A stretch of DNA of 48,280 nt from an uncultured Planctomycetales bacterium (GTDB taxonomy: Bacteria; Omnitrophota; Gorgyraeia; Gygaellales; Profunditerraquicolaceae): the NCBI GenBank assembly GCA_964593005.1, contig CAZQGT010000004.1, forward strand, positions 1 through 48,280, in the 5' to 3' direction. This document shows, in pieces, positions 25,987 through 35,300 of this stretch (position 1 is its first letter; the number at the start of each line of letters is the position of its first letter). A program made the position numbers and the translations under genes. The notes below the pieces were generated by a model. That model searched no databases. It saw nothing but the letters and a program-made list of their open reading frames with translations, and was not told the origin of the DNA.

Positions 25987-28900
25987 ATAGGACTAGCGAA
26001 AGGCGGTCTTCTCCCAGCATTTCATCAAGCTCCTGGATTAATTTTTCTGAAGGAGAAACATAGAGATTCTCGCCTACTACCATTTGAACCCGGGCTTTGG
26101 CGGGAGTATCCAGACGTAAATATATAGGGACACTGCCTTTATGTTCAGAAAGCAGGGTCTTTAAAGATTCGAATATATTTTCTTTAATTCCGGAGAGGTT
26201 TATGCTCATAGCGGTAATCAGCCTGTAAATTTCTTCAAACGGAAAAAGATCTTCTACGACTATTTTAGGGGTATCTTCTGTCAGGTTTAATGTTCCGCGG
26301 ATAAGTACTATTGTATTGGGTAAAATATACCGGCTTACTTTGGAAAATGCGCGCGGAAAGACCAGGGCCTCTATTACCCCGTTCAGGTCTTCCAATTTCA
26401 ATATAGCCATTTTCTCCTGTTTTGCCCGCGTAAGGGTCTGTTTGATTTTGGCGATTAATCCGACGATCTTTATGCTGTCCTGGTCTTTATGCTCATGCAG
26501 GTTGGCGGTAGAGCAGGAAGCAAAACGTTTGAGTTGTTTAGCATAGCGAGCCAGAGGATGCCCGCTCACGTAGAAACCCAGCATATCTTTTTCAAATGAT
26601 AATAATTGCGGCTCCGGCCATTCCTTACAGTCAGCCAGGATTTCTGTGGTTTTTCCAAACCCATTACTGGTAATTGCCTGGTCAAAAAAAGAAAGTTGGC
26701 CGCTGGACTTTTCTTTTTGCATTCTCTGGGACCTTTCAAGAATTGCGTCCAGGCTGGTAAACATCCTTGCCCTTAAGATTCCGAAGCAGTCCAGCGCCCC
26801 GCATTTGATCAGGCTTTCCAGTACTTTGCGGTTTGCCAGCCTTAGGTCAATCCGGCTGCAGAGGTCCTCAAGTGATTTAAACTTAGCTTTGGTTCTTGCG
26901 CTTACAATTGATTCAGATGCGCCCTTGCCTACATTTTTTATCGCTAATAAGCCAAAGCGGATGCTTGATTCATTCTCAACCTTAAAAAGCACATCGCTTT
27001 CATTTATATCCGGAGGCAGTACCTTTAACCCCATTTGATGGGTTTCATTTACGTAAGTTACAATTTTATCGGTATTGTCGCGTTCCGAGGTAAGCAGGGC
27101 GGTCATAAATTCTACCGGATAGTTCGCTTTTAAATATGCCGTGCGGTAAGAAATTAAGGCATAGGCAGTTGAATGGGACTTATTGAAGCCATACCCGGAG
27201 AAATATTCTATTAAATCAAATATTTTAGTCGCGGTGGACTCTTTTATTCCGTTCTTCAGGCAGCCATGAGTAAAATTATTTCTTTGTTTCTCCATAACTT
27301 CCGGTATTTTCTTACCCATTGCTTTGCGCAGAATATCTGCTTGGGCAAGCGAGAATCCGGCTAAGGCAGAGGCAATTTGCATTATCTGTTCCTGATAAAC
27401 CATAATACCGTAGGTTTCTTTCAAGATCGGTTCCAGTTTAGGATGCTCGTATTTTATGGGGACTTGCCCGTGTTTACGTTTCATAAAGTCGTCAAGCATT
27501 CCTGAGCCGATCGGCCCGGGTCGGTATAAGGCTAAAAGCGCAATTAAGTCTTCAAAACGTTCGGGCATAAGTTTTTTAAGTAAATCACGCATGCCTGAAC
27601 TTTCAACCTGAAATACGCCGATTGTATGACTGGAGGCGAGAAGTTTGTATGTGTTTGCATCGTCCAGCGGGAGGGTTTCGATATCAATTTCCATACCGCG
27701 CGTCTTCTTGACCAGTTTTAGTGTCTCATCAATTACAGTGAGCGTTTTTAAGCCGAGAAAGTCTACTTTAAGCAGTCCGATTTTCTCAAGCGTCTCCATA
27801 CTGTATCCGGTGGTAACCTGGTCATCACCGGTTTTAAACAAAGGCATGTAGTTATTTAATGGTTTATCTGCGATGATTACCCCTGCGGCATGGACAGAGG
27901 CATGCCGGTTTAGGCCTTCTAAGGACAGGGCGGTATTAATCAATTTGGTTATTTCCGCATCATTTCTATAAAGATTGCTCAACTCTGGTTCGCTCTCCAT
28001 GGCTTTCTTCAGAGTCATATCAAGTTCAGCGGGGATCATTTTTGCGATGCGGTCAACATCCGCGTAGGGGATTGCCATGACTCTGCCTACATCGCGGATT
28101 ACCCCTCTAGCCTGCATGGTTCCAAAAGTTATGATTTGGGCGACGTTTTCCCTTCCGTATTTTTTAGTTACGTAATCAATTACTTCCTGCCTGCGTTCGT
28201 AACAAAAATCAATATCAATATCCGGCAGCCCCAGGCGGTCAGGATTTAAGAACCTTTCAAAAAGCAGTCCGTATTTTAAGGGATTCAGGTCAGTAATTCC
28301 TAGAAGGAAGCTTACCAGGCTTCCCGCGGCCGAGCCTCTTCCCGGCCCCACTGGAATTCCCTGGCTTTTTGCGTAGGCAATAAAATCCCAGACAATCAGG
28401 AAATAGCTGATAAAACCCATATGCTTAATAATCTTTAATTCATGTTCAAGGCGCGTTTTTGCTTCGGGGTTGCCCGTAAGCCCTTTTTCTTCCAGCCCTT
28501 TTTCGCAGAGCTCAAGCAGAAAGGTTTCCTTGTTTTTTCCTTCGGGCGGCGAATATTTTGGCAAATGCATCTGCGTAAAGTCCAACTCCAGGTTGCAGCG
28601 CTGGGCAATCTCCAATGTATTTTTAATTGCCTCGGGGCAGTCTTTAAAACACTCTTTCATTTCTTCGGGGGGGCGGAAATAAAATTCGCTGGTTTGAAAA
28701 CGCATATGCTTGGGGTCGTCAAGGGTTGCCTGAGTCTGGATACATAAGAGCGCTTCATGTGCTTCGGCTTTATCTTTAGTGGGATAGTGCACGTCATTAG
28801 TGGCGACTAAGGGAATGTTTAGTTCCTTGGATATTTTAATCAGCGCTTCATTTACAATTTTTTGCTCGGGGATGGAATTTGGTTGCATCTCAAGGTAGAA

Positions 28901-29419
28901 GTTTCCCTTACCGAATATATTTTGATAATCTTCTGCTGCCTTGAGCGCGTCGTTAAAACGTTTTTGCTGGATAAGCCAGGCGACTTCTCCCTTCAGACAG
29001 GCGGATAGACCGATTAATCCGTCAGCGTGCAGGCCGAGGACTTCTTTATCAATACGCGGCCGGTAGTAAAACCCTTCAAGGTAGCCGATAGAAACAAGCT
29101 TAATTAAATTTTGATAACCTGATTCGTTGCGGGCCAGCAGGATTAAATGGTTTGCCGCGTCTTCTATTCCGGATCCGCCTTTATCCAGCCTGCTTTTGGG
29201 GGCGACATAAACCTCGCAACCGATAATTGGTTTGATTCCAGCCTTACGCGCTTCCAGGTAGAATTCAATTGCCCCAAACATATTGCCATGGTCGGTTATG
29301 GCAAGGGAATCCATTTTATGGCTTTTGGCTATAGCGAGAATTTCGGGGATACGGCAGGCTCCGTCAAGGAGGCTGTACTGCGTATGCAGGTGGAGATGGA
29401 TAAAATCAGAGTGAGACAT
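25985..29419 (-). CDS. dnaE: DNA polymerase III alpha subunit
   Basis: PHP domain HLHLHTQYSLLDG, GPGRGSAAGS, PDIDID, KVDFLGL, YGFNKSHS, C-terminal OB fold. Confidence 0.97.
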   Translation of the reverse strand: MSHSDFIHLHLHTQYSLLDGACRIPEILAIAKSHKMDSLAITDHGNMFGAIEFYLEARKAGIKPIIGCEVYVAPKSRLDKGGSGIEDAANHLILLARNESGYQNLIKLVSIGYLEGFYYRPRIDKEVLGLHADGLIGLSACLKGEVAWLIQQKRFNDALKAAEDYQNIFGKGNFYLEMQPNSIPEQKIVNEALIKISKELNIPLVATNDVHYPTKDKAEAHEALLCIQTQATLDDPKHMRFQTSEFYFRPPEEMKECFKDCPEAIKNTLEIAQRCNLELDFTQMHLPKYSPPEGKNKETFLLELCEKGLEEKGLTGNPEAKTRLEHELKIIKHMGFISYFLIVWDFIAYAKSQGIPVGPGRGSAAGSLVSFLLGITDLNPLKYGLLFERFLNPDRLGLPDIDIDFCYERRQEVIDYVTKKYGRENVAQIITFGTMQARGVIRDVGRVMAIPYADVDRIAKMIPAELDMTLKKAMESEPELSNLYRNDAEITKLINTALSLEGLNRHASVHAAGVIIADKPLNNYMPLFKTGDDQVTTGYSMETLEKIGLLKVDFLGLKTLTVIDETLKLVKKTRGMEIDIETLPLDDANTYKLLASSHTIGVFQVESSGMRDLLKKLMPERFEDLIALLALYRPGPIGSGMLDDFMKRKHGQVPIKYEHPKLEPILKETYGIMVYQEQIMQIASALAGFSLAQADILRKAMGKKIPEVMEKQRNNFTHGCLKNGIKESTATKIFDLIEYFSGYGFNKSHSTAYALISYRTAYLKANYPVEFMTALLTSERDNTDKIVTYVNETHQMGLKVLPPDINESDVLFKVENESSIRFGLLAIKNVGKGASESIVSARTKAKFKSLEDLCSRIDLRLANRKVLESLIKCGALDCFGILRARMFTSLDAILERSQRMQKEKSSGQLSFFDQAITSNGFGKTTEILADCKEWPEPQLLSFEKDMLGFYVSGHPLARYAKQLKRFASCSTANLHEHKDQDSIKIVGLIAKIKQTLTRAKQEKMAILKLEDLNGVIEALVFPRAFSKVSRYILPNTIVLIRGTLNLTEDTPKIVVEDLFPFEEIYRLITAMSINLSGIKENIFESLKTLLSEHKGSVPIYLRLDTPAKARVQMVVGENLYVSPSEKLIQELDEMLGEDRLSLVL

Positions 29420-29452
29420 TTGATAATTGTCCGGGCAGAGCTTTTTAGTGGT

Positions 29453-30994
29453 TTATTCCCACTCAATGGTTGCCGGAGGCTTAGAGCTGATATCGTAAAC
29501 TACGCGGTTGATGCCCCTAACTTCATTGATGATGCGATTGGATATTTTTTCCATTACTTCATAAGGCAGCTTTACCCAGTCAGCAGTCATGCCATCAAAA
29601 CTGGATACGCAACGCAGGGCTACGACATTTTCATAAGTGCGCTCGTCTCCCATAATCCCCACGCTTTTTATAGGCAGCAGAATGGCAAATGACTGCCATA
29701 TTTGTTCGTAAAGACCGGCTTTGGATATTTCTTCAATTACGCGTTTATCTGCTTCTCGTAAAAGTTCCAGGCGTTCCGGAGTTATCTCTCCAATAATCCT
29801 GACTGCAAGGCCGGGGCCCGGGAAAGGCTGGCGTTGTATGATATTATCAGGAAGATTGAGTTGTCTGCCGATCTCTCTGGCCTCATCTTTAAATATCTCC
29901 CTTAGAGGTTCAATCAGTTTTAAATGCATGTGCGCGGGCAGTCCTCCGACATTATGATGGCTTTTTATTTTTCTACTCGGGCCGCCCGTAGGGGAAACCG
30001 ATTCAATAACATCAGGATAAAGCGTCCCTTGTCCAAGGAATTTTGCCCCTTTTGTCTTTTTCGCCTCTTCTTCAAACACTTTTACAAACTCATCGCCGAT
30101 TATTTTTCGTTTTTCTTCCGGATCAATAACTCCTTTTAAGCGTTCAAGAAACCTTTTGCTTCTGTCAACATAACTCAAATTCAAATGATACATATCTTTA
30201 AATACGCTTTTAACTTGCTCGGCCTCCCCTTTTCTGAGCAGACCGTTATCAATGAAAATGCAGCGTAAGTTTTTTCCGATTGATTTATGAATTAACAGGG
30301 CGGCTACTGAAGAATCCACTCCGCCGCTTAATCCTAAGACTACTTTATCTTTACCGGCATTTTTCTTAATGTTTTCGATAGATTCTTTGATAAATGACTG
30401 CATGGTCCATCTGCTCAGGGCGCCGCAAATTTTAAACAAAAAATTGCTTAGGATTTGGTTGCCTTTTTCAGTATGGGTTACTTCCGGATGGAATTGCACA
30501 GCAAAGATTTTTCTTTTCTGGTTGGAAATTGCAGCAATAGGGGTATTAGCTGTATGCGCGCTTGTGTGGAAACCGGCAGGTATCTTAGTTACGTAATCTC
30601 CATGGCTTGCCCAGCAGGTAAAATTCCCCGGCATATGGCTGAAAAGGTCCCGGTTATCGTCGATAAATAGTTCGGTTTTGCCGAATTCACGCTCGCGGGT
30701 ATGTTTTACTTTTCCTCCCAGCATCTCACAGATAACTTGCATTCCATAGCAGACGCCAAGTATCGGTATCCCAAGCTTAAAAATACCTTTATCAGGGTAA
30801 GGCGATTTCTTATCAACTACCGAGGCAGGCCCGCCGGAAAGTATCAGCCCTTTTGGGTTTAAGGCAGCTATTTCTTTAGCCGGAGTATTATAGGGGATTA
30901 TTTTTGAGAAAACCTTGTTTTCCCTTACCCTGCGCGCGATTAATTGCGTATATTGTGAACCAAAATCCAGAATTAATATTGTCTGCCTTGTCAT
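29453..30994 (-). CDS. guaA: GMP synthase (glutamine-hydrolysing)
   Basis: [51 protein letters not shown]. Confidence 0.97.
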   Translation of the reverse strand: MTRQTILILDFGSQYTQLIARRVRENKVFSKIIPYNTPAKEIAALNPKGLILSGGPASVVDKKSPYPDKGIFKLGIPILGVCYGMQVICEMLGGKVKHTREREFGKTELFIDDNRDLFSHMPGNFTCWASHGDYVTKIPAGFHTSAHTANTPIAAISNQKRKIFAVQFHPEVTHTEKGNQILSNFLFKICGALSRWTMQSFIKESIENIKKNAGKDKVVLGLSGGVDSSVAALLIHKSIGKNLRCIFIDNGLLRKGEAEQVKSVFKDMYHLNLSYVDRSKRFLERLKGVIDPEEKRKIIGDEFVKVFEEEAKKTKGAKFLGQGTLYPDVIESVSPTGGPSRKIKSHHNVGGLPAHMHLKLIEPLREIFKDEAREIGRQLNLPDNIIQRQPFPGPGLAVRIIGEITPERLELLREADKRVIEEISKAGLYEQIWQSFAILLPIKSVGIMGDERTYENVVALRCVSSFDGMTADWVKLPYEVMEKISNRIINEVRGINRVVYDISSKPPATIEWE

Positions 30995-31025
30995 TTATCC
31001 TTCTTTCTATATTCTGCCTTCTGAT

Positions 31026-32186
31026 TTATTTACCCATTCCCACTCTTTGTCCTACCTGAAAGATTTTTCCTTCAGTTTGGATTGATGGGGCGATAATAAT
31101 TTCTACGTCATGCATTTCTCTTAAAGTTGACGCGCCTAAGGATCCCATAGAAGTTTTTAACGCTCCTAAAAGATTTTGTGATCCGTCATCTACTTTTGCC
31201 GGGCCAAGCAAAATATCTTTCAGCGTTCCGGTTGTACCGACTTGAATACGCGTGCCGCGAGGCAGATTAACATGAGAAGTAGCCATTCCCCAATGGAAAC
31301 CTCTTCCCGGGGCTTCTTTTGCCCTGGCAAAGCTTGAACCGATCATTACCGCGTCAGCTCCGCAGGCGAATGCCTTGCAGATATCTCCGCCGCGGTTCAT
31401 CCCGCCGTCAGTGATAATGGAGACATATTTGCCTGTACGCTTAAAATAGAAGTCGCGCGCTCCTGCAGCATCAACTGTTGCGGTAACTTGCGGCACGCCG
31501 ATACCCAGGACGCCCCGCGTAGTACATGCGGCTCCCGGACCGACACCGATAAGCAGGCCGCTGGCTCCGGTATCCATAAGTTCTAATGTCGTTTCGTAAG
31601 TTACGCAATTTCCCAGGATAACCGGGATCTTTATATTTTTACAGAACTTTATCAAGTCAAGTGTTTTATACTGCGTAGAAAGGTGTTTGATTGTAGTTAC
31701 GGTAGATTGAATAACGAATATATCGGCTCCGGCGGAAATAGCTAATTTTGAGAACTTGTCGGCATTAGCCGGGATGCAACTGACTATTGCCGTTGCTTTG
31801 GCCTTTTTAATTTCAGCAACTCTTTTTGTAATTAACCGTTCTTTTATCGGGGTAGTATAAACTGTTTGGATAAGCTCAGTTGCTTTTTGAGGGGTGGCTC
31901 TTGCTATATCCTCCAGGACTTCATCGGGGTTTTCGTAGCGGGTCTGGATACCATCAAGGTTTAAGACTGCCAGGCCGCCTAATTTTGACATTTCTATCGC
32001 GAATTTGACATTTACAACTCCATCCATGGCTGCGGCAAGAATAGGTATTTTAATCTTTTTTCCCATGAATTCAAAGCTGGTATCAACTTCATTTGGATTT
32101 ACGGTTTGAGCTCCGGGAACCAGGGCAATTTCATCAAAACCATAGCATCTTCTTGCGCGCCTTCCTATACCTATCCATTCTGCCAT
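31026..32186 (-). CDS. guaB: GuaB3-family IMP dehydrogenase-related protein (no CBS domains)
   Basis: IG.GR.ARR.YGFDEIALVPG, GVGPGAACTTR, DGG...GGDICKA.ACGADAVMIGS, HWGMAT...LPRGTRI. Confidence 0.88.
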   Translation of the reverse strand: MAEWIGIGRRARRCYGFDEIALVPGAQTVNPNEVDTSFEFMGKKIKIPILAAAMDGVVNVKFAIEMSKLGGLAVLNLDGIQTRYENPDEVLEDIARATPQKATELIQTVYTTPIKERLITKRVAEIKKAKATAIVSCIPANADKFSKLAISAGADIFVIQSTVTTIKHLSTQYKTLDLIKFCKNIKIPVILGNCVTYETTLELMDTGASGLLIGVGPGAACTTRGVLGIGVPQVTATVDAAGARDFYFKRTGKYVSIITDGGMNRGGDICKAFACGADAVMIGSSFARAKEAPGRGFHWGMATSHVNLPRGTRIQVGTTGTLKDILLGPAKVDDGSQNLLGALKTSMGSLGASTLREMHDVEIIIAPSIQTEGKIFQVGQRVGMGK

Positions 32187-32276
32187 TTTAGGAATCTCCT
32201 TGAGTTAACTTATTGTTTTATAATAGTTTACGATAATTTGGCCTTATTTTGGGAAATTTTTTGAAAAGGATATTGA

Positions 32277-32305
32277 ATTTTACCCCAGAGAGGTGGTTTT
32301 GTCAA
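32277..32305 (-). promoter_or_regulatory. Sigma70 promoter of the guaB-guaA-dnaE operon
   Basis: TTGACA-17 bp-TAAAAT. Confidence 0.7.
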
Positions 32306-32322
32306 TACATATTTTTAAATGG

Positions 32323-32367
32323 GAAACGCCCTTTTCTCAAATAATAAAGATAGAAAAAGGGCGTTTC
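32323..32367. terminator. Hairpin downstream of the 1892-aa gene
   Basis: GAAACGCCCTTTT...AAAAGGGCGTTTC 13-bp inverted repeat, 10 bp after the stop. Confidence 0.6.
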
Positions 32368-32376
32368 TTTTATTAA

Positions 32377-35300
32377 TTAACGGACGCTATCTGCGATTAC
32401 AATTGCCTCTTTAATATTTGCATCTGTAGGAATAGCCATATCTTCTTCCAGTTTGCAAATACGCATTAAACAGCTGACTAGTTCTTCCTGATGATTGGCT
32501 AATTCTTGTTTATGGTAACAGGCTCCTATCAGTTCTTTAATTCTTTCACTGCTGGGAGCAATGCCGTTGTCAACCATTTGAGATATTTCAATCAGTTCTT
32601 TGTTGATGTTAATTTGAGTAAGCGTGGCAGCCGGAGGTAAAGAAAAGGTTAATCCTTCAAAACTTCCTACTGCTTGGATATTCATGGGTAGGATACGGAA
32701 GTCAATACCGCCTCGTTTTGACTTTTCAGTGTTTATTGGTGAACTGGAAGTAGATTCAAAGAGTTGCTGCGCGCGGTTAAAAATACCAAATGCAGTTATT
32801 AATCCGTCAAAAGTAGAAATGTCAGGTAATGTTACTATTGCGACATCGCGGAAAAATCTCTTTTTATATGTTTCTCCCTGATAATTTATAGCGTCAGTCG
32901 TAACATCCCCGCTCAATGAGCGAAATTCCGCCTTTAAAAATTGCCTGCGTTCTTCATCGGGATAAGCCCCATCAAGATAGTCATTAGCAAGGCCATAGGT
33001 GCTGATTTTGCTTTCAGATTGCACAACTGCTTCGTAAGATTTCACAAAATCTACAAGCAGAGTAAAGACAGCATCATTACCATCAAGGCGGCCCTGGAAA
33101 TTGGCATGCTGGTCACGAGTTCCGATACCATAATCAATGCTTTGCAGCATTTCTCCAAGAATATCTGCGTTAGGGTAAGCAGTATAAAAAACAGGAGAAA
33201 CTACTTTTTTCTTGCCTCGGGCGATCAGCATAAGGGTGGCTAATTTTCTAGCAGCTTCCTCCATCTGGTTGTCAGATAGTTTACCTTTTCCATAACCACG
33301 GATTGATTTATACAATTCATATATCTGTTCATCATTTTTTTCGATAAGAAGTTGAATTTGGATCCTTTTGTCATTGTTTTCTTCTATAGCAAGTTTCATT
33401 TTTGCAGCAAGTTCTTCGTTTTTATGTTTAAGATTATTAATTTCATTAATGGTAGAAACTAATTTAGCAAAAGATATGGAATCTTCGGCGCTTACCGAAA
33501 TATTCTCATCTGCTTGAACTAAATTTATTGCTGTTTCTTGAAGCAACTTATTTTTTTCTTCGGCAGAGAGATTCGTTTCTCTTTCCTGATCAGTTAAGTT
33601 TATTTCTTCATCAAGAATATATTCCCCGTTTTTAATACGTTTTTCAACATCCATATATCTGGCTCTGGTTGCCTCATCGGATTTATCAAGGGTGCTCAAA
33701 ACACTTACCAATACTCCTTTGGCTAGCTCTACCATGGGTTGATTCTGGGGATCCCTTAACCACCAAAAATTAGGCTTATTTTCTAAAACCGATTTATTCA
33801 TTAATGCGGCGCCTACTACTGGTATATTTAAGGTTATGTTGTTTTCTGCAACCAGATCAGCTAAGCTTAACAGGCCATAACGCACGGTAAACTCCTGAAA
33901 CCAAAGGGCAAATTTAGCGTTGGCAAGAGGCGATATCTCTTCTTTAAAATAGCGTATTACAGGAACATCTTGCGGGACTGCCATAGGCGCAAATCCCTTT
34001 TGCTCTACCACTATAACTAAGGGGGCTTTACCGGTTTGTTGTTTTATTTGTCCAATCTTTCTATTCATTTCTTCTTGTCCTGCGCTGACTACTACCCAGA
34101 TACCTTGTCCGTCTTTACCGTTGCTTTCCGGGAATAATTGTTCTTTCTGTAGAGCTTCGGAAGTGGCATTGGAACTACGCACAGATACCAGCATAACCGG
34201 AGGATTAAGCTTACGTGTTAAAATAGCAGCACGCAACGCGCTATTTTTTTCCGGGTTGTTTCCGTCCGTCCCCCAATAATTACTTGCTTGTTTTTGCAGT
34301 CCTTCAGTTATTTGAGTAATATTCAATCCCTGAAATGCTTGTGTAACGGATCCGGATTCACAGTTTTCTGTGAATCTTCCGCCAGTATATTCGGAGAAAT
34401 CAAAGACAGAAATATTAGCTATTTTTAATTCCTTCATTCCCAAGGCAAAGGCGTAAAGCCGGCTGGCATCCGGATTTAAGGACGTAGTAAATACTATTCT
34501 TTCTAAAACCTTGCCTATAGCCAGGCGCTCTTTTTCATTAAATTGCTGGTTAAAATCATCGACAGGAATTCCTTTAAAAAGCGCGCTCTTAGATTTTCCA
34601 TTATTAAAATCTTTTAGGAATGCGCTAAATCTTACTGATAATGCCTGCGCGTCTTTAGGAGTCATTCCCTCCGCTATTCCCATAAGCCTCAGGAATTCAT
34701 TTAAACTTTCCTGATATATAGTTAAAGGTTCATCGGTACTTCCAGATTTAGAACTTGCGTGTAAGACTATTTCATAAATGTTATATCCTGAGTTTAAAAG
34801 ATTCTGGAAAAGCTGTTTAATGCTTACTCCTATCCTGTCTAAAACTATGATTTTTGCTTCTTTATCTTCTCCCCAGTATTCTGCTTGGACACTGTTGGAT
34901 TTTCCTTGGCCGCCTATGCCAATATGCAGCATAACTTTAGCGCCATTATTTTTAACCTGTGAAACCCATTCTGTTATAGGCTTGCGGTTGTCCATTCTCA
35001 AAGCGCCATTGGGATCTTTATATCCAAAACGCGAGTTAAGCTGACCCGTAGGTTCAGGATATTGTTTTATTTCTCCGGTAAGCTCATAATTAGCTGCTAA
35101 TTTAACCGGCAAACTATTGAAAACTTCCGGATCGGTTTCTTCAAAACCTTCAAAGGCGATCGTTGCATCTTGATATCTCATCGGTGGATTTACCGGCGAA
35201 CTGGAAGTATTGCCACTGACAATATTATCTAGCGTATTCTGTACACTAATATAATCGTTGGAAAACGCAGTTGTGGCATTCTTAAGCAGAATGGCGCCTA

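Noticed and set aside
32187-32276. Purine riboswitch upstream of guaB-guaA
   Set aside because: The leader is AT-rich and lacks the purine aptamer core and three-way junction.
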